Source: Eledone cirrhosa
Lineage: Eukaryota
NCBI GenBank assembly: GCA_964016885.1
Contig: OZ024740.1
Location: 251,100,001-251,164,000, forward strand
Length of the DNA stretch: 64,000 nt
Direction of reading: 5' to 3'
This document shows positions 1 through 10,300 of this stretch, piece by piece. Numbering within the stretch: the stretch's first letter is position 1; every line of letters starts with the position of its first letter. The notes beneath the pieces are model-generated. The model was not told where the DNA came from and made no database searches. It saw only the letters and a program-made list of their open reading frames with translations. The position numbers were made by a program, and so were the translations under genes.

Positions 1-171
1 CAGAGAAGACCCGCCTTACCTAAATACAAAGTAAAACCTACTAGTCAGTAGGCATCTCTAACAAAATACACCCCCGTCCCACCCCATCCACACCGCCCCC
101 TTCAATGCAAAGTTATGTTGGTACATCCAGGCCGAAACAAATGAGATCGTGTAGGTGTCACGACAAAAAAC

Positions 172-402
172 ACAGTCCACGCTGTAATGTGGCCGTGTAG
201 GCTACATGGTAAAAACCTCCCAGTCCCACACTGTAAATGTGGTTGATGTTAGGAAGGGCATCCAGCTGTAGAAAACACGCCAGACAGTCCACGCTGTAAT
301 GTGGCCGTGTAGGCAACACGGTAAAAACCTCCCAGCCCCACACTGTAAATGTGGTTGGTGTTAGGAAGGGCATCCAGCTGTAGAAAACCCGCCAGACAGT
401 CC
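172..402 (+). repeat. 112-bp tandem duplication (2 copies plus 7 bp)
   Basis: acagtcc starts at 172, 284 and 396. The two copies differ at 5 of 112 positions. Confidence 0.95.
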
Positions 403-473
403 TATGCGAGCAAGACAACCACTCTTGCCTCAAGTGGGAAAACCCATGCAAGCGTGGAACAGGGACGTTAAAC

Positions 474-506
474 GATGATGATGATGATGATAATAATAAA
501 AAAAAA
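474..506 (+). repeat. (GAT)6(AAT)2(A)9 microsatellite tail
   Basis: Read directly: gat x6 at 474-491, aat x2 at 492-497, A run at 498-506. Confidence 0.95.
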
Positions 507-531
507 TTTTCGCTCTACATTACTGAATACA

Positions 532-789
532 ATAAATGTAATCTGAGTTTTTCGAATATTAATAATAATATTCGATTCGTTTGCAATTATGCAAACAAGC
601 CTCATTTTTAAAGCCATGTCAGTTGAATGAACCCTTCATTCTTGCTCTTGTGTTGGCATGTAAACAGAACTGCAGACAGACAGTCTACTGACATTCTACT
701 GACATGGCTTTAAAAATGAGGCTTGTTTGCATAATTGCAAACAAATCGAATATTATTATTAATATTCAAAAAACTCAGATTACATTTAT
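532..789. mobile_element. MITE-like / foldback element with 92-bp terminal inverted repeats
   Basis: 532-623 is the reverse complement of 698-789 with 2 mismatches (extendable to 629/692 with one more). The spacer is 74 bp. The right end abuts a TATATA run. The inverted repeat itself is certain; the MITE label is inferred and no clean target-site duplication is seen. Confidence 0.7.
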
Positions 790-889
790 ATATAGACAGA
801 GAGGTAGAACACTGGAAGGTAATATCCATAGTAGTAGAGCACTCAGTGCATGGGACGAGGTTGGTAGAAGCAGTAACACAACAGTTAGT

Positions 890-946
890 TCACCATACCG
901 AGAACAGTTGTTTCACTTTATGCGGATCTTCAGCTCGGACTGGTAA
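890..946 (-). ncRNA. Minimal type I hammerhead ribozyme (Penelope-associated), probably partly decayed
   Basis: Minus strand: ttacca-gt-CCGAG-CTGAAGA-tccgcataaagt-GAAAC-aact-GTT-CTCGG-ta-tggtga. The conserved cores CUGANGA and GAAA are present. Stem I is CCGAG/CTCGG, extended by ttacca/tggtga. Stem III is short (AC/GT), stem II is weak, and the cleavage triplet is GUU (cut between 903 and 902). Confidence 0.75.
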
Positions 947-1111
947 TGGTTATACGGAACAGGAAAAATGCTCAGAAACGCTCACTTCACCCAAGCGATA
1001 CAAAACCACGGGCGAAAGGTGTAAGGGAGATAACTGCAAATGTCCGCAATAAAATATTTGATTTGATTAGAAAATTAGAATGTTGTTGTTATTCAATCTG
1101 GAGCTTTGTAG

Positions 1112-1359
1112 TTATGCAAGAGGTGTTTTCAGATATGAGATTTCATTTCTTGAATTTAGGCAATTGCTATTGCGTAATCTCCTTAAAATATTTATCCTTT
1201 CTTCAAATAAAGACGGATTACCCCTCGCGTATGGCTTGGACTTAGTGATAGCCTTCCAGAGAAGGGAGGAGAGAACCAGATAGTTTGTTTATTGTTACGA
1301 TTTCTTTTCTTATTGCTGTTAGTGGGGGAGTAAGTAATTGGTTGTGAGATGCTGCTGTT
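1112..1359 (-). pseudogene. Frameshifted, internally deleted remnant of the Penelope-like ORF (linker fused to endonuclease C-terminus)
   Basis: Two stop-free segments in different frames meet at ~1258. There is no start codon, no RT domain and no GIY-YIG core. The 5' side is cut by the satellite. Confidence 0.7.
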
Positions 1360-4300
1360 AGGTTTTTCGAAAAATAGAATATTTTAGGTTTTTGATCAAA
1401 AAAATCAATTTTTAAATATTTCGAAAAGTAGAAAAAAATTGATTATTTTAGGTTTTTCGAAAAATAGAATATTTTAGGTTTTTGATCAAAAAAATCAATT
1501 TTTGAAATATTTCGAAAAGTAGAAAAAAATTGATTATTTTAGGTTTTTTGAAAGATTTCGAAAAGTAGAAAAAAATTGATTATTTTAGGTTTTTCGTATT
1601 ATTTCGAAAAGTAGAAAAAAATCTATTATTTTAGGTTTTTCGAAAAATAGAATATTTTAGGTTTTTGATCAAAAAAATCAATTTTTAAAATATTTCGAAA
1701 AGTAGAAAAAAATTGATTATTTTAGATTTTTCGAAAAATAGAATATTTTAGGTTTTTGATCAAAAAAATCAATTTTTGAAATATTTCGAAAAGTAGAAAA
1801 AAATTGATTATTTTAGGTTTTTCGAAAAATAGAATATTTTAGGTTTTTGATCAAAAAAATCAATTTTTGAAATATTTCGAAAAGTAGAAAAAAATTGATT
1901 ATTTTAGGTTTTTCGAAAAATAGAATATTTTAGGTTTTTGATCAATTTTTGAAATATTTCGAAAAGTAGAAAAAAATTGATTATTTTAGGTTTTTCGAAA
2001 AATTGAAATCAATTTTTGAAATATTTCGAAAAGTAGAAAAAAATTGATTATTTTAGGTTTTTCGAAAAATAGAATATTTTAGGTTTTTGATCAAAAAAAT
2101 CAATTTTTTAAATGTTTCGAAAAGTAGAAAAAAATTGATTATTTTAGGTTTTTCGAAAGATTTCGAAAAGTAGAAAAAAATTGATTATTTTAGGTTTTTC
2201 GAAAAATAGAATATTTTAGGTTTTTGATCAAAAAAATCAATTTTTGAGATATTTCGAAAAGTAGAAAAAAATTGATTATTTTAGGTTTTTCGAAAAATTG
2301 AATATTTTAGGTTTTTGATCAAAAAAATCAATTTTTGAAATATTTCGAAAAGTAGAAAAAAATTGATTATTTTAGGTTTTTCGAAAAATAGAATATTTTA
2401 GGTTTTTGATCAAAAAAATCAATTTTTTAAATATTTCGAAAAGTAGAAAAAAATTGATTATTTTAGGTTTTTCGAAAAATAGAATATTTTAGGTTTTTGA
2501 TCAAAAAAATCAATTTTTGAAATATTTCGAAAAGTAGAAAAAAATTGATTATTTTAGGTTTTTCGAAAAGTTGAATATTTTAGGTTTTTGATCAAAAAAA
2601 TCAATTTTTGAAATATTTCGAAAAGTAGAAAAAAATTGATTATTTTAGGTTTTTCGAAAAATAGAATATTTTAGGTTTTTGATCAAAAAAATCAATTTTT
2701 TAAATATTTCGAAAAGTAGAAAAAAATTGATTATTTTAGGTTTTTCGAAAAATAGAATATTTTAGGTTTTTGATCAAAAAAATCAATTTTTTAAATATTT
2801 CGAAAAGTAGAAAAAAATTGATTATTTTAGGTTTTTCGAAAAATAGAATATTTTAGGTTTTTGATCAAAAAAATCAATTTTTGAAATATTTCGAAAAGTA
2901 GAAAAAAATTGATTATTTTAGGTTTTTCGAAAAATTTCGAAAATTAGAAAAAAATTGATTATTTTAGGTTTTTCGAAAAATAGAATATTTTAGGTTTTTG
3001 ATCAAAAAAATCAATTTTTGAAATATTTCGAAAAGTAGAAAAAAATTGATTATTTTAGGTTTTTCGAAAAATAGAATATTTTAGGTTTTTGATCAAAAAA
3101 ATCAATTTTTTAAATATTTCGAAAAGTAGAAAAAAATTATTTTAGGTTTTTCGAAAAATAGAATATTTTAGGTTTTTGATCAAAAAAATCAATTTTTTAA
3201 AGATTTCGAAAAGTAGAAAAAAATTGATTATTTTAGGTTTTTCGAAAAATAGAATATTTTAGGTTTTTGATCAAAAAAATCAATTTTTTAAATATTTCGA
3301 AAAGTAGAAAAAAATTGATTATTTTAGGTTTTTCGAAAAATAGAATATTTTAGGTTTTTGATCAAAAAAATCAATTTTTGAAATATTTCGAAAAGTAGAA
3401 AAAAATTGATTATTTTAGGTTTTTCGAAAAATAGAATATTTTAGGTTTTTGATCAAAAAAATCAATTTTTTAAACATTTCGAAAAGTAGAAAAAAATTGA
3501 TTATTTTAGGTTTTTCGAAAAATAGAATATTTTAGGTTTTTGATCAAAAAAATCAATTTTTGAAATATTTCGAAAAGTAGAAAAAAATTGATTATTTTAG
3601 GTTTTTCGAAAAATTGAATATTTTAGGTTTTTGATCAAAAAAATCAATTTTTGAAATATTTCGAAAAGTAGAAAAAAATTGATTATTTTAGGTTTTTCGA
3701 AAAATTTCGAAAAGTAGAAAAAGATTGATTATTTTAGGTTTTTCGAAAAATAGAATATTTTAGGTTTTTGATCAAAAAAATCAATTTTTTAAATATTTCG
3801 AAAAGTAGAAAAAATTTGATTATTTTAGGTTTTTCGAAAAATAGAATATTTTAGGTTTTTGATCAAAAAAATCAATTTTTGAAATATTTCGAAAAGTAGA
3901 AAAAAATTGATTATTTTAGGTTTTTCGAAAAATAGAATATTTTAGGTTTTTGATCAAAAAAATCAATTTTTTAAAGATTTCGAAAAGTAGAAAAAAATTG
4001 ATTATTTTAGGTTTTTCGAAAAATTTCGAAAAGTAGAAAAAAATTGATTATTTTAGGTTTTTCGAAAAATAGAATATTTTAGGTTTTTGATCAAAAAAAT
4101 CAATTTTTGAAATATTTCGAAAAGTAGAAAAAAATTGATTATTTTAGGTTTTTCGAAAAATAGAATATTTTAGGTTTTTGATCAAAAAAATCAATTTTTG
4201 AAATATTTCGAAAAGTAGAAAAAAATTGATTATTTTAGGTTTTTCGAAAAATTTCGAAAAGTAGAAAAAAATTGATTATTTTAGGTTTTTCGAAAAATAG

Positions 4301-7300
4301 AATATTTTAGGTTTTTGATCAAAAAAATCAATTTTTTAAATATTTCGAAAAGTAGAAAAAAATTGATTATTTTAGGTTTTTCGAAAAATAGAATATTTTA
4401 GGTTTTTGATCAAAAAAATCAATTTTTGAAATATTTCGAAAAGTAGAAAAAAATTGATTATTTTAGGTTTTTCGAAAAATAGAATATTTTAGGTTTTTGA
4501 TCAAAAAAATCAATTTTTTAAATATTTCGAAAAGTAGAAAAAAATTGATTATTTTAGGTTTTTCGAAAAATAGAATATTTTAGGTTTTTGATCAAAAAAA
4601 TCAATTTTTTAAATATTTCGAAAAGTAGAAAAAAATTGATTATTTTAGGTTTTTCGAAAAATAGAATATTTTAGGTTTTTGATCAAAAAAATCAATTTTT
4701 GAAATATTTCGAAAAGTAGAAAAAAATTGATTATTTTAGGTTTTTCGAAAAATTTCGAAAAGTAGAAAAAAATTGATTATTTTAGGTTTTTCGAAAAATA
4801 GAATATTTTAGGTTTTTGATCAAAAAAATCAATTTTTTAAAGATTTCGAAAAGTAGAAAAAAATTGATTATTTTAGGTTTTTCGAAAAATTTCGAAAAGT
4901 AGAAAAAAATTGATTATTTTAAGTTTTTCGAAAAATAGAATATTTTAGGTTTTTGATCAAAAAAATCAATTTTTGAAATATTTCGAAAAGTAGAAAAAAA
5001 TTGATTATTTTAGGTTTTTCGAAAAATTTCGAAAAGTAGAAAAAAATTGATTATTTTAGGTTTTTCGAAAAATAGAATATTTTAGGTTTTTGATCAAAAA
5101 AATCAATTTTTTAAATATTTCGAAAAGTAGAAAAAAATTGATTATTTTAGGTTTTTCAAAAAATTTCGAAAAGTAGAAAAAAATTGATTATTTTAGGTTT
5201 TTCGAAAAATAGAATATTTTAGGTTTTTGATCAAAAAAATCAATTTTTTAAATATTTCGAAAAGTAGAAAAAAATTATTTTAGGTTTTTCGAAAAATAGA
5301 ATATTTTAGGTTTTTGATCAAAAAAATCAATTTTTTAAAGATTTCGAAAAGTAGAAAAAAATTGATTATTTTAGGTTTTTCGAAAAATAGAATATTTTAG
5401 GTTTTTGATCAAAAAAATCAATTTTTTAAATATTTCGAAAAGTAGAAAAAAATTGATTATTTTAGGTTTTTCGAAAAATAGAATATTTTAGGTTTTTGAT
5501 CAAAAAAATCAATTTTTTAAATATTTCGAAAAGTAGAAAAAAATTGATTATTTTAGGTTTTTCAAAAAATTTCGAAAAGTAGAAAAAAATTGATTATTTT
5601 AGGTTTTTCGAAAAATAGAATATTTTAGGTTTTTGATCAAAAAAATCAATTTTTTAAATATTTCGAAAAGTAGAAAAAAATTATTTTAGGTTTTTCGAAA
5701 AATAGAATATTTTAGGTTTTTGATCAAAAAAATCAATTTTTTAAAGATTTCGAAAAGTAGAAAAAAATTGATTATTTTAGGTTTTTCGAAAAATAGAATA
5801 TTTTAGGTTTTTGATCAAAAAAATCAATTTTTTAAATATTTCGAAAAGTAGAAAAAAATTGATTATTTTAGGTTTTTCGAAAAATAGAATATTTTAGGTT
5901 TTTGATCAAAAAAATCAATTTTTGAAATATTTCGAAAAGTAGAAAAAAATTGATTATTTTAGGTTTTTCGAAAAATAGAATATTTTAGGTTTTTGATCAA
6001 AAAAATCAATTTTTTAAACATTTCGAAAAGTAGAAAAAAATTGATTATTTTAGGTTTTTCGAAAAATAGAATATTTTAGGTTTTTGATCAAAAAAATCAA
6101 TTTTTGAAATATTTCGAAAAGTAGAAAAAAATTGATTATTTTAGGTTTTTCGAAAAATAGAATATTTTAGGTTTTTGATCAAAAAAATCAATTTTTGAAA
6201 TATTTCGAAAAGTAGAAAAAAATTGATTATTTTAGGTTTTTCAAAAAATTTCGAAAAGTAGAAAAAAATTGATTATTTTAGGTTTTTCGAAAAATAGAAT
6301 ATTTTAGGTTTTTGATCAAAAAAATCAATTTTTGAAATATTTCGAAAAGTAGAAAAAAATTGATTATTTTAGGTTTTTCGAAAAATTTCGAAAAGTAGAA
6401 AAAGATTGATTATTTTAGGTTTTTCGAAAAATAGAATATTTTAGGTTTTTGATCAAAAAAATCAATTTTTTAAATATTTCGAAAAGTAGAAAAAATTTGA
6501 TTATTTTAGGTTTTTCGAAAAATAGAATATTTTAGGTTTTTGATCAAAAAAATCAATTTTTCAAGTATTTCGAAAAGTAGAAAAAAATTGATTATTTTAG
6601 GTTTTTCGAAAAATAGAATATTTTAGGTTTTTGATCAAAAAAATCAATTTTTTTAGGATTTCGAAAAGTAGAAAAAAATTGATTATTTTAGGTTTTTCGA
6701 AACATTTCGAAAAGTAGAAAAAAATTGATTATTTTAGGTTTTTCGAAAAATAGAATATTTTAGGTTTTTGATCAAAAAAATCAATTTTTGAAATATTTCG
6801 AAAAGTAGAAAAAAATTGATTATTTTAGGTTTTTCGAAAAATTTCGAAAAGTAGAAAAAAATTGATTATTTTAGGTTTTTCGAAAAATAGAATATTTTAG
6901 GTTTTTGATCAAAAAAATCAATTTTTTAAATATTTCGAAAAGTAGAAAAAAATTGATTATTTTAGGTTTTTCGAAAAATAGAATATTTTAGGTTTTTGAT
7001 CAAAAAAATCAATTTTTGAAATATTTCGAAAAGTAGAAAAAAATTGATTATTTTAGGTTTTTCGAAAAATAGAATATTTTAGGTTTTTGATCAAAAAAAT
7101 CAATTTTTTAAATATTTCGAAAAGTAGAAAAAAATTGATTATTTTAGGTTTTTCGAAAAATAGAATATTTTAGGTTTTTGATCAAAAAAATCAATTTTTT
7201 TAGGATTTCGAAAAGTAGAAAAAAATTGATTATTTTAGGTTTTTCGAAACATTTCGAAAAGTAGAAAAAAATTGATTATTTTAGGTTTTTCGAAAAATAG

Positions 7301-10300
7301 AATATTTTAGGTTTTTGATCAAAAAAATCAATTTTTGAAATATTTCGAAAAGTAGAAAAAAATTGATTATTTTAGGTTTTTCGAAAAATTTCGAAAAGTA
7401 GAAAAAAATTGATTATTTTAGGTTTTTCGAAAAATAGAATATTTTAGGTTTTTGATCAAAAAAATCAATTTTTTAAATATTTCGAAAAGTAGAAAAAAAT
7501 TGATTATTTTAGGTTTTTCGAAAAATAGAATATTTTAGGTTTTTGATCAAAAAAATCAATTTTTTAAAGATTTCGAAAAGTAGAAAAAAATTGATTATTT
7601 TAGGTTTTTCGAAAAATTTCGAAAAGTAGAAAAAAATTGATTATTTTAGGTTTTTCGAAAAAAAGAATATTTTAGGTTTTTGATCAAAAAAATCAATTTT
7701 TCAAATATTTCGAAAAGTAGAAAAAAATTGATTATTTTAGGTTTTTCAAAAAATTTCGAAAAGTAGAAAAAAATTGATTATTTTAGGTTTTTCGAAAAAT
7801 AGAATATTTTAGGTTTTTGATCAAAAAAATCAATTTTTGAAATATTTCGAAAAGTAGAAAAAAATTGATTATTTTAGGTTTTTCGAAAGATTTCGAAAAG
7901 TAGAAAAAAATTGATTATTTTAGGTTTTTCAAAAAATTTCGAAAAGTAGAAAAAAATTGATTATTTTAGGTTTTTCGAAAAATAGAATATTTTAGGTTTT
8001 TGATCAAAAAAATCAATTTTTGAAATATTTCGAAAAGTAGAAAAAAATTGATTATTTTAGGTTTTTCGAAAAATAGAATATTTTAGGTTTTTGATCAAAA
8101 AAATCAATTTTTGAAATATTTCGAAAAGTAGAAAAAAATTGATTATTTTAGGTTTTTCGAAAAATTTCGAAAAGTAGAAAAAAATTGATTATTTTAGGTT
8201 TTTCGAAAAATAGAATATTTTAGGTTTTTGATCAAAAAAATCAATTTTTTAAAGATTTCGAAAAGTAGAAAAAAATTGATTATTTTAGGTTTTTCGAAAG
8301 ATTTCGAAAAGTAGAAAAAAATTGATTATTTTAGGTTTTTCGAAAAATAGAATATTTTAGGTTTTTGATCAAAAAAATCAATTTTTTAAAGATTTCGAAA
8401 AGTAGAAAAAAATTGATTATTTTAGGTTTTTCGAAAAATTTCGAAAAGTAGAAAAAAATTGATTATTTTAGGTTTTTCGAAAAAAAGAATATTTTAGGTT
8501 TTTGATCAAAAAAATCAATTTTTCAAATATTTCGAAAAGTAGAAAAAAATTGATTATTTTAGGTTTTTCAAAAAATTTCGAAAAGTAGAAAAAAATTGAT
8601 TATTTTAGGTTTTTCGAAAAATAGAATATTTTAGGTTTTTGATCAAAAAAATCAATTTTTGAAATATTTCGAAAAGTAGAAAAAAATTGATTATTTTAGG
8701 TTTTTCGAAAGATTTCGAAAAGTAGAAAAAAATTGATTATTTTAGGTTTTTCAAAAAATTTCGAAAAGTAGAAAAAAATTGATTATTTTAGGTTTTTCGA
8801 AAAATAGAATATTTTAGGTTTTTGATCAAAAAAATCAATTTTTGAAATATTTCGAAAAGTAGAAAAAAATTGATTATTTTAGGTTTTTCGAAAAATAGAA
8901 TATTTTAGGTTTTTGATCAAAAAAATCAATTTTTGAAATATTTCGAAAAGTAGAAAAAAATTGATTATTTTAGGTTTTTCGAAAAATTTCGAAAAGTAGA
9001 AAAAAATTGATTATTTTAGGTTTTTCGAAAAATAGAATATTTTAGGTTTTTGATCAAAAAAATCAATTTTTTAAATATTTCGAAAAGTAGAAAAAAATTG
9101 ATTATTTTAGGTTTTTCGAAAAATAGAATATTTTAAGTTTTTGATCAAAAAAATCAATTTTTTAAATATTTCGAAAAGTAGAAAAAAATTGATTATTTTA
9201 GGTTTTTCGAAAAATAGAATATTTTAGGTTTTTGATCAAAAAAATCAATTTTTTAAATATTTCGAAAAGTAGAAAAAATTTGATTATTTTAGGTTTTTCG
9301 AAAAATAGAATATTTTAGGTTTTTGATCAAAAAAATCAATTTTTGAAATATTTCGAAAAGTAGAAAAAAATTGATTATTTTAGGTTTTTCGAAAAATAGA
9401 ATATTTTAGGTTTTTGATCAAAAAAATCAATTTTTTAAATATTTCGAAAAGTAGAAAAAATTTGATTATTTTAGGTTTTTCGAAAAATAGAATATTTTAG
9501 GTTTTTGATCAAAAAAATCAATTTTTTAAATATTTCGAAAAGTAGAAAAAAATTGATTATTTTAGGTTTTTCGAAAAATAGAATATTTTAGGTTTTTGAT
9601 CAAAAAAATCAATTTTTTAAAGATTTCGAAAAGTAGAAAAAAATTGATTATTTTAGGTTTTTCTAAAGATTTCGAAAAGTAGAAAAAAATTGATTATTTT
9701 AGGTTTTTCGAAAAATAGAATATTTTAGGTTTTTGATCAAAAAAATCAATTTTTGAAATATTTCGAAAAGTAGAAAAAAATTGATTATTTTAGGTTTTTC
9801 GAAAAATTTCGAAAAGTAGAAAAAAATTGATTATTTTAGGTTTTTCGAAAAATAGAATATTTTAGGTTTTTGATCAAAAAAATCAATTTTTTAAATATTT
9901 CGAAAAGTAGAAAAAAATTGATTATTTTAGGTTTTTCAAAAAATTTCGAAAAGTAGAAAAAAATTGATTATTTTAGGTTTTTCGAAAAATAGAATATTTT
10001 AGGTTTTTGATCAAAAAAATCAATTTTTGAAATATTTCGAAAAGTAGAAAAAAATTGATTATTTTAGGTTTTTCGAAAGATTTCGAAAAGTAGAAAAAAA
10101 TTGATTATTTTAGGTTTTTCGAAAAATTTCGAAAAGTAGAAAAAAATTGATTATTTTAGGTTTTTCGAAAAATAGAATATTTTAGGTTTTTGATCAAAAA
10201 AATCAATTTTTGAAATATTTCGAAAAGTAGAAAAAAATTGATTATTTTAGGTTTTTCGAAAAATTTCGAAAAGTAGAAAAAAATTGATTATTTTAGGTTT

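Larger units (their letters stand above)
172..506 (+). mobile_element. 3' part of a SINE / non-LTR retroposon with microsatellite tail (RTE-type tail suspected)
   Basis: Ends ...cccatgcaagcgtggaacagggacgttaaac(gat)6(aat)2(a)9. The internal ggttggtgttaggaagggcatccagctgtagaaa and the ggacgttaaacgatgatg terminus resemble invertebrate SINEs as I recall them (notably cephalopod). No 5' pol III A/B box or target-site duplication identified. Confidence 0.55.
790..1359 (-). mobile_element. Degenerate Penelope-like retroelement (GIY-YIG type) 3' fragment with pseudo-LTR region
   Basis: Minus-strand 1359-1258 reads NSSISQPITYSPTNSNKKRNRNNKQTIWFSPPFS (recalled PLE linker motif ...KRKRNIIWFNPPFS). In a shifted frame 1258-1112 reads WKAITKSKPYARGNPSLFEERINILRRLRNSNCLNSRNEISYLKTPLA* (recalled C-terminal WxIxxxAxPY..G..CxLCxxEK..I...LNxRxE). 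A hammerhead motif lies ~170 bp downstream on the same strand. Confidence 0.75.

Noticed and set aside
37-52. cctact-agtc-agtagg hairpin
   Set aside because: A 6-bp stem is expected by chance and has no supporting context.
120-160. ggccgaaac as a second hammerhead core
   Set aside because: No upstream CTGANGA or pairing stems on that strand.
158-451. 97-aa minus-strand ORF with an internal repeat
   Set aside because: The peptide repeat simply reflects the 112-bp DNA duplication, whose length is not a multiple of 3. No recognisable domain; it lies antisense to a retroposon tail.
532-789. MITE as the source of the satellite monomer
   Set aside because: Shared words are at most ~9 bp of AT-rich sequence with no collinear alignment.
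950-1110. SECIS element (some Penelope-like Naiad elements encode selenoproteins)
   Set aside because: I could not find a convincing RTGA...AA...GA kink-turn stem by eye; SECISearch would be needed.
704-1283. Four overlapping plus-strand ORFs (67-105 aa)
   Set aside because: They begin inside an inverted-repeat arm or lie antisense to the Penelope remnant, overlap in several frames and show no recognisable motifs.
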